A stretch of DNA of 63,773 bases from Lama glama (GCA_028534125.1 CM052828.1:53196228-53260000); one strand, 5' to 3'. Positions 38,461 to 52,390 are shown, numbered from the stretch's first letter. Notes: a model not told the origin generated them from the sequence alone. A program made the numbers and translations.

Positions 38461-38810
38461 TGTCTTAATCCTCTTGGGCAGCTATAACAGAATACCATAG
38501 ATGGGTGGCTTATCAACAACAGAAATTTATTTCTCATGGTTCTGGAGACTGGGGAGTCTGAGATCAATGCCCCGACAGGTGCAGTGTCTGAAGAGAATCT
38601 GGTTCATAGATAGCAGTCTTTCCACTATGTCCTCACACGGCAGAAAGGGCTAGGGAACTCTCTGGTGTCTCTTATATAAGGACACTAATCCCATGGATTT
38701 TGCCTTCACGACTTAATCACCTCCCAAATGACCCACCTCCAAATACCACCATACTGAAGATCATACTGACATATGAATTGGAGGGGACACAAACATTTTA
38801 GTCTATAGCT
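38461..38810. mobile_element. MLT1A-type MaLR solo LTR inserted in an old L1ME fragment
   Basis: tgtcttaatcc...gctataacagaataccatagatgggtggctta...aatcacctcccaaa...gggacacaaacattttagtctatagc. Confidence 0.88.
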
Positions 38811-38999
38811 GTTCTTAAAAGGAATTGGGTCAAATTAGTTGAAATTACTGAGTCAAAAAGCAGGCACCTTTTTTAAGTCTCTTGATTTGTGACATCCACT
38901 GACTTTCCAGAAAGCCTGTGCCCCTGATTAACGTTAGCCATGATGGCAGAGCCAATCCTTTGCTGGTTCTGGTTTGGTTATGAGTGATAACTGCTATGT

Positions 39000-39360
39000 T
39001 TAAGGATAAGAAAGTTTACAGATGAGTGGTCAAAAAAAGGCTTGGCATTCAGGTAGGCCTGGAACTGAGCTTGAAAGATCCATTAAGTTTCAAATAAACT
39101 GAGAGGAAATACTTTTCCATCAGAAGCACAGGAGAAGCAAAGATACAGTGTAAACAATAGGGCATATTGTGGAGACGGTCATAATCCAGTTTTCCTAGGG
39201 TGAATAGTTTTAACTCGGGAATAGTGGGATATCAGTTGAGAAAAGGAATATCAGCTGAGACTGAGTTTAATCCTGCAGGTAATGGGGAGCTATTGACAAT
39301 TTTTGAGCAGTGGATGATATGAGGAAAACAACATTTTAATAATTATAGGAGAGTTTAATC
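39000..39360 (-). mobile_element. LINE-2 fragment
   Basis: ctgagcttgaaagat...tttaatcctgcaggtaatggggagctattgacaatttttgagcag. Confidence 0.6.
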
Positions 39361-40419
39361 TGGGAAACCAGAAACATCTTCAACAGTAGCACATTTTTTT
39401 TAAATCATCATCTGTTTTAAAAATTACACATCATATAAACATCCTGGGGATGATCTGCTCTAGTGCTTAGCATGTGACTGTGGTATGACTTGTCACGCTG
39501 TCAGTGACGTGCCAGCTGTGTCTGAGTGGCTCAGCCTTTGAGATTCAGGTGATGTGGCTCAGAGACCACTGTGGCTGGATCCAAATTGGTGATTAGAAGC
39601 TCTCTCACATAGAGGAAATCTCAATTTTCATGAAATGAAGTTCTCTAGCTTTTACATATTCAGTTACAACAAATACTCCAGAAAAGTGATTTTGCCCTAA
39701 GCATTTAAATAAAAATTTTATCTCTTTTAATTGCATTTTTTTTTTTACCATTTTAAAGGAAATTATATATTGCAAATTCTGGTATCCAGTGTGAATAAAT
39801 AAAATGAGATTGTTGCTGTTACAGCATTATAGTTTCTCCCCCTTTTTAGATAAATGACGTATTTTCAATCAATACAAAACAATGACAGATACTTCAGACA
39901 TTCTTCAATTATCTGGCCATAATATATTTTATATTAAATAAGGTGTCTTGGAAGACATGTACACTTTTAAAATCCACCTGTATCTCACCATACCTCACAG
40001 GGCACAATGCTTCTGTTGTGGAAAAAATAAGACCTAGACTCAAGTTTTAGATTTTATTAGGGTTGGTTGCAAAAAAGAATGAGGGGACCCATACACAATT
40101 GGGAGGCCACCAAAGAGATACTGATGTTTCTTTAGATATATTGTCCCAAGGAACACTAATCATGGGAAAATGTTATAACCATGTGAAGTATTTGATAGCA
40201 TTAACTTAGGATAACCACCAAATGTTGAGAGCTTTCAAGAAGAGCGCAGCTGGCATATTTTTGAAAGGATGATGCTGTTTACCCTGGGGGAGTAAAACAC
40301 GAGGCTGTTACCTGTGTGCTGGGGCTTTAACCTTTCCTTAACTGAGGTTTTCATGACATACAGCTCCATCTATTAAGGACAGGGCTGATTTCAAAAATTT
40401 GTAAATATATTCTATTTTG

Positions 40420-40446
40420 GACTAACTCTAATCATGTCTCCTACAG
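40420..40446 (+). promoter_or_regulatory. CLYBL: Branch point (GACTAAC) and 3' splice site of the CLYBL exon
   Basis: gactaac at 40420-40426 is near the TACTAAC consensus, with the branch A ~21 nt before the acceptor; followed by tgtctcctacag. Confidence 0.8.
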
Positions 40447-40633
40447 GAAAGCCTCTCTGGCAGCTGATGTGTCCAGACTTGGACATAGTTCCTCACCCAG
40501 TCACAAGTACACTCCTCGGAGGGCAGTGCTCTATGTGCCTGGAAATGATGAAAAGAAAATAAGGAAGATTCCCTCCCTGAATGTAGACTGTGCGGTGCTC
40601 GACTGTGAGGATGGTGTGGCTGTGAACAAAAAG
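40447..40633 (+). CDS. CLYBL: Internal coding exon (exon 2 equivalent) of CLYBL, mitochondrial citramalyl-CoA lyase / citrate lyase beta-like protein
   Basis: Acceptor ctcctacAG (40445-40446) and donor aag|GTaatg (40634-40635). 187 nt = 1 nt + 62 codons: KASLAADVSRLGHSSSPSHKYTPRRAVLYVPGNDEKKIRKIPSLNVDCAVLDCEDGVAVNKK, with CitE-family motifs RRAVLYVPG and LDCEDGV; matches recalled human CLYBL N-terminus. Confidence 0.97.
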
Positions 40634-41849
40634 GTAATGGCAGATTTTTCCTTCTAATGGGGGAAAAAAAAGGAATTGACTTTTGGTGCTCTCCTGGTAG
40701 CATTGCTCACTATTTGGAAAGATATACCATATTCACCTTTTGTTGATTACTAATATATTCTTGACCAGACCTCACATGTGTTCTGAATGTGTATGTCTCT
40801 TTTCTGCAAGAGACAGGAAGAATCCAACCAACATATATTTAAAGTCATGACCTTCAGTATATGTGACTGTGCGTGTAGATAAAGAGATAGACAGTCAATC
40901 CATTTTGGCTGAGATATTTGCTGGTTCCAGTAAATGACTGAATCCTAGACTTGTGCTGTAAATTTTTCAGATGAATAAGATGCAATTAGGAATTTTTTTC
41001 TTCTTTTTTACTGCCAGGTATATTGAGTAGTGGTCTTATCTCTTCTGGGACAAGTGCCAATAAAAGAAAAGATAGCCTTTAATGGAAGAGTCACTAAAAT
41101 CATTTTCCCTTCTTAGTTAAAGGGAAGCTACACAGAGAATCTTAAAGTTGCAGCTTTTGGCTGATTTCCTCATGGCCTGACCAGAGAAATGAGCCTTAGA
41201 AAATACCCAATTTGCAAACAGGTACAAAATCTTCTTACTGGGTAGTGAAATAGGGGGTGCTTTTTGTTTCATTTTGGTTTGCTTAACTTTGTTTTTTAGG
41301 TTTTTATAATGAACACACATTTGTTCAATAATTAGGTGAAACACGTAAATCATTATAGCAATAACTGATGTTTGCATGGAACTTTTTTAGTTAAAAACAT
41401 GCTTTCACTCGACCTTTATCTATCCAGTCCCTAAGACGGTGAGGTTGGGCTGGGAATGGATTGTGGGGCTGAGGGGACAGGGACTGCTGGCCGTCTGGAT
41501 TTGTACCTATTTGGATAGTTTTCCTAAGTGATCTGAAGTGGTGTGGTTGTAACTGTACAACTTTCTTGATTAATTGCTTTCCTTAAAGATTCTAGCAAAC
41601 AAATATTTGCCTTAATTTTTTTTAAAAAAGTTAATTTTCAGCATCTTTCTAACGGTCAAACCAAGGCTTTACAAGTATTTGGGAAAGGATTAGAATAAAC
41701 ACGTGGAATCTAAAGCATCTACTCAACATCTTTGACATGCACTAAATTAAATACAATTAAGCTTCTTTCTCCCAGAGATTAAGGTAAATAGGGCTTTTCT
41801 TGAAGGACATTATGTGAATCCAGTATGCTCCCTTCCAAAACTCATGTAG

Positions 41850-42040
41850 GGCACTCTGAGATTAGATACCGAATTGTAATTCCAGCTCTCTGTGGCCCCG
41901 GGTAATTCACTTTACTTCTTTGCTTCAGTTTCTTATCTATACTGTGGGGTGACAAAATCTACTTTTGTCAGGTACAGGGATTATTGCGAGGAATAAGTTT
42001 CATAAGATGCCTGGTAGTAGCTTGATTTCCTATAGGAAAT
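41850..42040 (+). mobile_element. MIR SINE
   Basis: gcactctgagattagat...gcttcagtttcttatctatactgtgggg...gggattattgcgagga. Confidence 0.65.
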
Positions 42041-42759
42041 AGATTAGATAAATCCTGTGGTAATCATGATTAGAGGGGAATTTACTTTAGCGTGTAGCAC
42101 AGTGAGCCATTACATGCCCTGATAAACTTCTAATTATATCTCTTTACAAATCTTGAGGCCATCTTCCCATATCCACCTGAGGATGTTTCCTGCTACCCAG
42201 ATGAGTTGGAAACATGGTCCATTCCTACCTCGTGTTTCCTTACCATGTATCTGTGTTCTGAAGCCCATCCTTAAACCCAGAGCCACGACTTAGGAAGAAC
42301 CTAACGAGGGGAAAGGGAGAAAAGAATTTATGATGGCAAGTTGTGCCCACCATCTTGGCATCTCTGTCCAGACAGTGCCCTTGTCCAGATAGTCAGGACA
42401 TTCCAGTTCTCTTAATGCAGCTAAAATTTGAATTAATTGCTAGGCATACTGTTTTATGCATGCTGAACTTGCAGTCAACTAAATTTCTCTTCCTTATTCA
42501 AAGAGAATTCTGGCAAGCCAGGCTAGTACTTGTAAAACAATTTTTTCCCTTAAAATTTCTACCCAGGACTTAATTTTATCTCGTATTATTCATATCATAG
42601 CCCTAGCCTGTCAGGGTCCTTTTGGATTTTGATTTCATCATCCAATTTATACCATCTGAGAATTTGACCAGCACACTGTATGCAAATTTAACAAGTTTCT
42701 GAAGAGGTTGGAGCCAAGTGCTGCACAAGCATGCCACTAGAAACTTCTGTTTAAGTTTA

Positions 42760-42900
42760 TTTAACAAACATTATTTAGTGGTGACTAAATGCCAGGCACT
42801 GTTCTGAGGACTTTAATTTGTATAAGAGCTCAGTGAATTACTATTATTATACTCCTTCTACAGATAAGGAAACTGAAGCATGGAGAGGTCAAGTTCATGA
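42760..42900 (-). mobile_element. MIR SINE
   Basis: atgccaggcactgttct...tacagataaggaaactgaagcatggagaggtcaag. Confidence 0.75.
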
Positions 42901-44769
42901 GTCAATTCTGTGAATATGATTATTCAGTCACCCAACTCTGCTAAAACCCAGTCTTTTCACAAGGATAGTGTAACAGATTTTTATCTAATGCCATTTCAAA
43001 AAGAGGATACCTTCCTGATCTACATCTCTAGCAGTAACTTCTCTCTCCCCCATTTCTACCTCGCCAGAAAAAATGAGGTTAAGTAGATGAGACTTGATTT
43101 TGAAGAACCCCTGTCTACTGATAGCACTCTGTCTAGTTGTTACCACCTTTGCTTTGAAGTGCTGGAGATACAAAAATGGTACCATTTACTGAGTAGCTAC
43201 CATTTACTGAGAGTTTTCTTTGTAAGAGATGCTATAGTAACTGCTTTAATTATCTCATTTCCTCCTTACAGCAAAGTTTTGAAATATGTCTAAGGTCACA
43301 GTGCCATCAAATGACAGAACCACAATTTGAATCTCCTAGAATTTTTCCCAGGAATCAGCCTTACCTGTTGGCGTAGTCCATAATTCACCTTTTCCCCCTT
43401 TCTTGGCTTCTTTTTATCTTTTGTCACCTTTGTATACTCCATGGTTTCTCAAAGATTACCAACAGGAGTTCCGTGTTCACATCTATGAATTCTTTCAGTG
43501 TCTTGGGATTTTAATATATTTAAACTAGGGACTTTAGTTCGTTTGAAGTGTTCAGATAAATCTGAAACTTCTCACATAGCTCATATTCTCTTTTTCTTTC
43601 TTGAAGTCAACTTTTAATCATATTTCTTGTTTGAATATTATTCCTCTTGATGGGAGGAGATAGAGGCCATTTTAGTGATTTTATTTCTTACCATACTGAA
43701 ACTCTTGTTTCAGATGACATAGTTATAGTTTTGCTAAACTGAACTATTAGTGCCTAATTCAACTTCCTTGGTATTATTAAAACTTAGTCACTTCACTTTA
43801 CATCTCATTTCATTTTATTTCTTTTTTTAGTAATTAACTAATTCCGTATTTCATTTGAGTGATTCTGTAGAGTATAGGCCTGTAATGAAAACAAGAGGCG
43901 CTTCCACAGAGCAGTTTGTAAGTATGTAATACCTTCCAGCAGGCTCTAATCCTGTCCTGTTAATCCAGTTTGTGTCTAAGTAGCTCCTTCATGTCAAGGA
44001 TGGCACTAGTAGCTCACCTTCCAAGCATGGATGATGAAACGACCTTTCCCACTCCCGTCTTATCTTCTCCTTTTCATTGTTAAAATGCATGAGGAGGTGC
44101 AGGGCTGTCTAAGCTGCTGCCTGCTGGGACACAGTGAAAAGAAGCCAAGTAGTGCACAGATTTCTGGTGAGTCTCCAGGACACTGGGTGAGGCCAAGGAG
44201 GTAGGAGTGGAATAGGTCGAGGCAGGTTCCAGGGCTGCTACTTTAGTGGAGCAAATATTTAAATGTATTTAGTGTTTAAGTTTAAATATGTAAGTGTAAA
44301 TACTATTCGACTAAATATTGGGTACCTACTCAGCCAGACACTGTGACAAGCAGAAGGGGAACAAAGATGGTTACATGGTTCCCAACCAGAGGAGTCAAAG
44401 GCTGGTGGTGAGACAGGTAAAAAAAGTAAATTGTAATCTAACAAGAGAAGTCTGCAAGAACACATACTTTTTATTATCATTTGGTTCTAAGGATGTTTTA
44501 GTTTCCATTTTGGTCTCTTGCTTGGCCCGTGAGATACAAAAGAGTGCTTCTCAAACTCTCTACGGTGAAGACCAGCTTGGTTATTTTTACTTACTGTTGT
44601 TACTTTGTTCCATTTAAAAAAAACTTTAAACACTGCTTGGGTGTTACAGCGACGTCAAGTGCTATAGAAGTTTCTAAACTCATGTTCCCCACTTTGTACT
44701 AACCTCCTGATGGCATGGTCATGGTGAGTTTGTGGGTTAAGAGTTGGTCCACCCACTGCAGTTTGAGTA

Positions 44770-46830
44770 GAAAGGCCTTAACAAGTTTTAGATTTGCCAG
44801 TTTCTCCCTGTAGTTCTATCAGTTTTCACTGCTGATAGTTGGAGCCTGTGTTATTAGGTGTATACAAATTTAGAATTATTATATCCTCCTGGTATATTGA
44901 ATCACTTGTTATTATGCACTGATCCTCTTTATCCCCTATAATGCTTTTTGCTTTAAAGTTTATGTGGTCTAATATGAATACGCTAACTTTCTTTTGGTTA
45001 GTATTTGCCCAGTATATTGTTTTCAGCCTTTTGCTTTCAACTTTTCCATATACTTATATCTCTTATTGTTAAAAATTTTTTAAAAAATTTTTATATTCCT
45101 GTGGACATTCTGTGTCTTTTAACTGGAACATTAATCCACCCACTTTTAATATAGTTACTGATAAATTTAGATTTAAATATACCATTATATTTTGTCCTAT
45201 TTTCCTCACCCATTTTATGTTTCTTTTTCTCATTTTTCTTGCCTTTTAAAAATTATTTGATTTTTTAAAAATTTATTTTCTTAGTCCATTTTTTCCTTTC
45301 TTAGTTTAGAAGTTATGACTGTATTTCTAATTTTTATTGATTACTTCTGAAATTTTACCAAGTGTACCTAACAAAGCCTAAAATTAACCTGTACTTCTTC
45401 CTGGACAAAGCAAGAACTTTAGAAAGCTTTAAATCCAATCATCTTCCTTGCAATTTATGTTATTTTTGTCCCGTATTTCAGGGCAAATTATCTTTTTAAC
45501 CCCATGAATCTTATATTGTTACTATCATTATTTTATATACATAGTATTTATTTAGATTAACCTACATATTTTATCACTCCCTCTGGTCATTTTTCCTTCT
45601 TGCATCTCAGACTTTCTGGGGTGTCTTCTCTTTTTGCTGATGTTCTTCCTTCAGAATTTCCCTATAGTAAATGTTTGTTGATAGAAAACTCTCATAGTTT
45701 TTGTTTATTTGAAATGTCTTCATTGTTTGGCTGGGTAGACAAGTCTAGATTGATACTTATTTGCTATCAGAACTTTGGAGATATTATTTCATTGCCTTCT
45801 GATTGCTATTAGTGCTATTGAGAACTCCACTGTTAGTCTAAAAACCAGGTGACTTGCCTTTTCTTCTTTGGCTGTTCTTAAGATCTTTCTGTCTTTGGTG
45901 CACTGAAGTTTTACTAAAATACCACCTAGGCATTGATGTGTGCCTCCTCCTCTCCTTTCTCCCCTTCTTTCCTTTTGTTTGGTGTAAGTTGTTTTTCATG
46001 TATTTGTGTATTCATGTCTTTTATCAGTTCTATAAAATTTCTACTATTAGCCTTCAAATATCACTTCTAGTGCATTATTTCTAGTCTTTCCTTCAGAGAT
46101 GCCAAGTAGACCTATTAGGAAGTTTTCATTGTATCCTCCTTGTCTCTTACTATCTTTTCATATTTTCCATCTCTTTGTCACTCTGTGCCACATTCTGGGT
46201 TAGTTCTTCATAACTAATCAACACTTTTTAAATTATCTACTCAGTTGTGTCTAATCTATTTAATCCATCCTCTGAGTTTTTAATTCTAATGATTACATTT
46301 TTCATATCTAGAAATTCTATTTGATTTTTTTTCATAACTGCTTAGGACATTCTGAATCTGTTAATTTTAGTATTTTTGCATCTAAATTGCTTGTTGTTCA
46401 ATGACTCAAACTCATGGTATGAACCCATATTAATTGGAATTATTTCTTGGGAATCCCAAGGGCGTAGAGTAGGAAGGTTTTCTTCTAAAGAGAATTTGTA
46501 TTTGCTTCTGCTGGGAGTCAGGGACATTCCTAATCTGGAGTCTTGGTTTATTCTCCTCAACTTCGCTGTGGTCTCAGGCTAGTATCCTGATACCAGTTCT
46601 GTTATAGGTATTTGGTTTCTAGCTTTCTTATTTTTCTCACTCATTAATCAGAATGCAACTCATTTTTTGTTGCTGTTGCTTTACATTGGCCTGTGGAAGA
46701 TTCCCTTACATTCTTATGAGCCCAGTAATGCATTAAAAAGTACTTTTGTTGAAATGTATCTGTCTTATAGTTGATGGCCCTTCAGAGAATGTGGTCTGCC
46801 ATATTGCCAAAAGTAAAGTTCCCATCCTTT
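44770..46830 (-). mobile_element. Old L1ME-class LINE fragment
   Basis: gttattaggtgtatacaaatttagaattattatatcctcctgg...tgtgtctaatctatttaatccatcctctgagtttttaattc. Confidence 0.75.
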
Positions 46831-46839
46831 AAATTTTTG

Positions 46840-47620
46840 TTTGATGAACTTTAAAAAATTGGTCTAAAATTTATTTTTACACATAAAGAGTCAAATAGTT
46901 ATGAAATAATGCAGCTCTTACTCATTATTCCACTTCCCCTCTCCAGAGATAATCCCTTCTATCTCTTCTACCTTATTCTTATAGTATTTACTCCCATATC
47001 TCTAAATAATGCTCTTTTTGAATTATTTTCTCAATTTCAGGCATGATATTGCCTCCCTGCTATGGGATTTATCTCTCCTCCTACTACCACTCTATCCCCA
47101 TTACCTGTGGACATTTCCCATCCTTCAGCTGTCCCAGTACAATTATATGTAACTTTGATGAGATTGGTGTTCAGTGTGAAAACGATTAGAGTTGAGTCAT
47201 GTACTAATAAACTGATCACCTTTCCTTTTCTGCCAACCTGTTGTTTCCCCTGGAGTTCATAATTATCTGTTTTTTCCCCATGGCTTATTTTTCTATTCAT
47301 TTGTCACTAATTAACACCCACCTCCTTCCTAATTGTCTCCTCTTAATATGTTTAGAAGCAGCTGGTATTTTATCAGTTTCATCTTCTTGGGGAAATCTCT
47401 CCTTGACTCTTCTGATCCCCTCATGTCTGAATTATTTGTCCTTCAGGCCTGCAGCACAGTTGGAATCCTGGACTCTCCCTTCTACCTGGGAACTCACTTC
47501 ATCTCTCTCTTGCATTGGATGTCCTGTTGTCTGTATTCTCTGATTTTTAATATCTTGATATATTTCCTTATTTGGGTGAGCATACCTTCTCATAGCTCCT
47601 GAGAGAAGGTTCCCCTCTAA
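46840..47620 (-). mobile_element. Old LINE-1 (L1MC/L1ME-class) fragment
   Basis: ccacttcccctctccagagataatc...gcacagttggaatcctggactctcccttc...catagctcctgagagaagg. Confidence 0.55.
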
Positions 47621-48139
47621 AGAAGCAACATATACAAACATACTCTGATTTTTTTTTTCCTAATTTGATTTGTAAAGAGCAGGGATATATGAAGATTTTA
47701 CATTGATCCTCAGGAAGTCAAAGGAGAAACGCTGAATTATGATTCAAGGAAAGCTTTTCTGTATGAACCTAAGCTAATAAAATCTGGGATGTAACTCGTG
47801 GGCAACTTGATTTGAGACCAGGAACCCGGTTCAGTGGGAGGGATAGAGGGCTTGACAACAGAATACCCATTTAAATTGCCCAATTTTAACACTAACTATC
47901 CAGGGAACTTGAGTCCTATGATCTCATGAGCCTCTGTTTCCTTATCTGTCCCATGAGACTGGTGATAATGAAACCTGCACTACCCACCACAGGGCCAGCT
48001 GTGCGGCTCAAGTAGAAAAGCACTTTGTAAACTTGCATGTGCTATGTGAATATTGTTCTTTAAAAAAAGAAAGCGGTGGGGTCATGTTTAAAGGAACAGA
48101 GTTTTGGAGAATGGATATTTAGCATGTTCGTACAGAGGA

Positions 48140-48400
48140 ACATAATTTGATGGTCAAGAACATAGATTTTGGTGCCAAACTGTCTATGTCTGTGTTCTGA
48201 TATCATCTTGTCCTAACAGTAGAACCTTGCACAGATTACCCCACCTCTCTATGACTCAGTTTCATCTTCTGTCAAATAAAGGCAATAATGGTAATAATAG
48301 TAGCTACCCCTACAGAATTCTATTAAATGGGTGGGTATTTGTTAAGTGCTTAGAACAGTTGCTGGCACATAGTAAGTGCTATGTGAGTATTTGACAGATG
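48140..48400 (+). mobile_element. MIR SINE
   Basis: tggtcaagaacatagattttgg...ctcagtttcatcttctgt...gtgcttagaacagttgctggcacatagtaagtgct. Confidence 0.8.
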
Positions 48401-49760
48401 TCTAAATAGCAGTGGTCTTAGCTGTACTCCTGGCCGGGAGTCTGATGTATCAGTTCAAGTCACTGATGATTGCTTAGAATGCCGGGGTTTACCAATATTG
48501 ATTCAAACCTTAGATTTCTGACTCTCCTAGGGTAATATGTTCGCACAGATAGGTTTTTGCTCTAAATGTCATGGAGTTTGCCAATTTTGCTTCTTTTTTT
48601 TTAGCCTTCTTCCTCAACTGTGGTAGACAAAGAAGAGACCGTAGACACAGCAAAATACCATATTTTCTTTCAAGCTCCCTCAGAGATTTCTTAACACTAG
48701 AGGGCTGGAAACAGCTATCCTAGACGTATTTTTTTCCTCAGGAAACTGAAGAGAAAATTATCCTTCTTAAGCAGCTAAGCAATAGATTTTTACTTTGCAT
48801 TTCATCAGACAAAATAGGCTTTAAAACAAAAGCCGTAAAGAAAGATAAAGAAGGATACTTTGCATTTCTGTGCTGAGTACTTGGCAGAAAAAGAGTAAGA
48901 AACGGATGGGATGGAGGAAGGTGGGCAAATCTGTGAAGGCACCCCCCTCCCCCTAACAGTTCAGAGCAAGGAAGAGCTGGGCTGGGATCTGGGTCCTGAG
49001 CAACCCCATGTACAGTGATGTTCTCAGGTATGGTGAACAGAGGGAGGAGGACTGCCTAGGGCTGAGGTGTCTGAGAGCCGCCCTGGGCACTGGAGGGGAG
49101 CTCTGGTCAGTGGGGGTTGGTGCAGCAGCTCCCTTCGCCACCACCTGCTTTGCATGCAGAGGACCTAGGGCTGCCAGGAGTGTTGTCTTGTCGAAGCTGC
49201 TCTTGACCACGAAAAGCAAGGGGAAGCCATTTGCCTTCTGAGCAACAGTCAGTGCTTCAGAAACCCCACAGGATAACCCCTACTGGGCCATGTTCTTTAA
49301 CTGCTTCTGCTCCCTCCATCCATCTTGGATATCAGGACACACGTGAGGCCTAAAGGATAGTGATTATAGAGAGCAATTGGAGGCAACACTGCAGAGACGA
49401 AGGGAATGCGACTGTGCGCCCACAGTGAGCCACTTTCTAAGCACTCTTCACAAACATCAGTTCATCCCAGGACTCCTCTAGTTACCTGTCAGACTCTGCA
49501 GAACCTGGGAGTTACTGCATTTGCAAGTGTGAGTTGCTCATTAGGAAACCAAATTTCAATCAAGGTTATTGACTTGTCATTAATCTTTGATTAATATAAA
49601 TATGATTTCCTGACACTTGTTACTTTAAACTAGTTAACTTTTGACTTCCTCTATAATGCCTTTTATTGCCACACAGATAGAAGCTCTTTTTCTACCCTGA
49701 GCATATTTATTCTCTCGAATATGTGCTCTCTCATTTGACTTTCTTTTGTGCATGCGTGTG

Positions 49761-49780
49761 CACACACACACACACACACA
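49761..49780 (+). repeat. (CA)10 microsatellite
   Basis: cacacacacacacacacaca. Confidence 0.9.
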
Positions 49781-52169
49781 AAGTATGTAGACATTAAACC
49801 CCCATTTATACTTACCATATGCATCTGCAAATCCACTTGGTTAAAATTTAAATGCCCTAGTGCTGTCACTTTGGTTGAAATTAGTTAGTAGAGTAGCTAG
49901 GAGGTGTATTCTCCCCACAGGAAAAAAGCTGAATGACGTGCAATGAATGATTAAATGTATACAGGGCATGGGGAGCTAACTCCACTTCAATAGGGGTGTG
50001 AAATTAGGATGGGAAGCCTTCTCTCCCAGGGACCTTGCTTTTATTAAAAGACTTGAGAGCTTAGGATATTTCTTCAATAGAAATTGGGGTGTCTGTGAGT
50101 CTTTTGGGAACAGTATGGAGAGATGAACTGTGCTTAGGAACTCTGCAAGGTCTTTTTGATCCTTAAAGGTTCTGATATAAAAACCTACCCAAGTTTTCAT
50201 CAAAGTAGTAAAGTACTTTTAGTCTTTTAGTAATCTCTTTATACCCTTCACACCCTTAAATAAACCTTTCCCTTTGTGGAGTAATTGGTAAAAAACAAAA
50301 AACCCATCTTTTTTCCCCCTCATTGTTCTTTTCTTCAGACCTGGCATCTTCTTAGAGCAAGGATTCACATATCTCTATTAGGGTCATAATAGTCAGCAAT
50401 TTCCATTTAATGAGCTCAGCAAAATCTCTTTACAAAAAGATGCAAGCTTGAAATTGCCAGTTCTGTCTTTTCCAGCAATTTCTAGAAATCCAATTAAGTA
50501 AGACAGTATTATCTATAACATGATACACCTGACTACAGAAAGCCCAGGCCTAGGAAATAAAACAGATCTTTGAGCTCAAGTTCAAAATTAAAATGGAAAG
50601 AAAGGAACTCAGCTTAAATGAACTGAGACTTTATAAAAGTAGAAACTGTAGCCATTTCCTCTGAAATGAAGTAAGAAATAGCTTGGAGACTATAGTGAAA
50701 ACCATTAAACTTTCTTATTCCAAGTTTGGCTACCAATTAAAATCTGTCTTTTAAAATCAGAGAACCACAGGTAATTTTCATAAAAGAAGCCCAAGAGGTT
50801 TCAGTGTGCTCAATCTCTGTGACTAAAGAACCAAGAACCCATAGCCACCTCTAAAATAAAGGGGATACTGGCATGAAATTTTGCAGTGCAACATGCTTGA
50901 TATCAAATAATAGTATTTTTTCAAGTTTTCTTATTTAGTGGCCACAATTCATATCAAAGTATTAAATGCCCCCATGTTTTCAATAACAGATTAGTGGATA
51001 TATTTTAAGGCAGAATTTAAAATTCTGATTTAGAGAGACAGTCAAGTACATCAGAGCTTCTTAGGGTGGTAATATTTAATGCTTATTCTATACCTGTTCT
51101 GTAGGTTGAGAAAGATGGTGTTTTAAAAGGAAAAGAAAGGTGTGGCTTAGTCAAAAACAAATGTAAAGTCAAGAATTAACCCAAGGCGTAGCCTGCCTTC
51201 TACTAAAGATATGCTCTCTGTTTCTAACATTTTTGCAATTTTTCTCCCATTTGATACAACTGTGCTAGCCATTCACTGATCAGAAATTAGCCCTCAAAAG
51301 TTAGCACTTGTGCTGTGAATTCCCATCCAGGTCTAGTCTAAGCAGTAGCATATTCTTGGCAAAATATTGATTAGCTCTGGATAACTAGACCAAAAAGACC
51401 TCCCTAGGCATCTGTCAGAACAGCAAAAGTCAAGAGAGAAAGATGAGCTAGGAGGCTAAACTGAGATAAACGTGGGCTCCCCAGAGACTCCTCAAGTTTT
51501 TCCAGTGCAGGGTGGATTTGTGGAGCCTCCCAGCATAGAAGAACAAAGCTAGGTGGAGCAGCAAAAGGGCATTCCACTAAGCCTTTCATCCACACCATCT
51601 AATCCTCCTTCCTAGTAGCAGGGGAAGGCTGAAAGTCTGGCCCAACTGGTGCAGTTTTTCAGGGCACAGGGGTGTCAAGAGCTTGTTTTTCCTAGAGCTG
51701 TGGATAAACAGATGCATGGTGGAAGGCAACGCAGACAGTTATGGCCAGTAAATTAAAAAACTATTCTAAATAGGCTGTGAGAGCAAAGGGAGCTTGAAGT
51801 GGGTCTGAAGACCCCAAGTTTGGAGTCAAGACATAGGAGAGGTAGGGAAAACCAGATTAAGGACTCCCAGTGGTCAGGGCAGTCATAGTTCTTTGGACCA
51901 AGAGCCACGACTGACTGGGTTTTTCCATATTTCCTCTGGAGACATACTGCACATATACGTCTTCATCTTTGAGGGTCAGATGGGGGATAGGCATTATCAC
52001 ACCTCCTCCTGAGTTGTTGGGATGACAATGGCCTCCATGAATTTTGACGCATTCCTGGGTGGAAGGCAGTTTCTCACAATTGGTTCTTTCTGCCTCTGCC
52101 TTTCCAAAGAGGACCAGGCCTTGGAGCTGACCATGGTGCTGAAGGTGGTCTAAGACTGATAACTAGAGA

Positions 52170-52390
52170 ACATTTAATGTGAATATGTAGTACTTTCTGT
52201 GTGCCAGCACTATTTCTAACTGCTTTGCGTGGATTAACTTATTGCATTCTCTTAGCAGCTCTGTAAGAGAGGTGCTATTATTATCCCCATTTTCATATAT
52301 GGAGAGTGGAATACAGAGAGGTTAACCAACTTGCTCAAGGCACACAGCTAACAGGTGGGAAAGCCACACAATTCATACCCTATGCTGCAC
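52170..52390 (-). mobile_element. MIR SINE
   Basis: ggtgctattattatccccattttcata...agagaggttaaccaacttgctcaagg. Confidence 0.8.

Larger units (their letters stand above)
1..40446 (+). other. CLYBL: CLYBL intron upstream of the exon (intron 1, partial)
   Basis: No other CLYBL-like exon or CpG-island promoter upstream; mammalian CLYBL has a very large first intron. Confidence 0.8.

Noticed and set aside
1-40446. MIR4306 and CLYBL antisense lncRNA exons known from the human intron
   Set aside because: No match to the recalled miR-4306 sequence was seen; lncRNA exons cannot be located from sequence alone.
40469-40657. ORF-track 62-aa stand-alone protein
   Set aside because: It is the CLYBL exon read from an internal GTG and through the splice donor; true bounds are 40447-40633.
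43180-43212. Short tandem duplication taccatttactgag-tagc-taccatttactgag
   Set aside because: Ordinary slippage duplication in a MIR/L2-like fragment; no functional indication.
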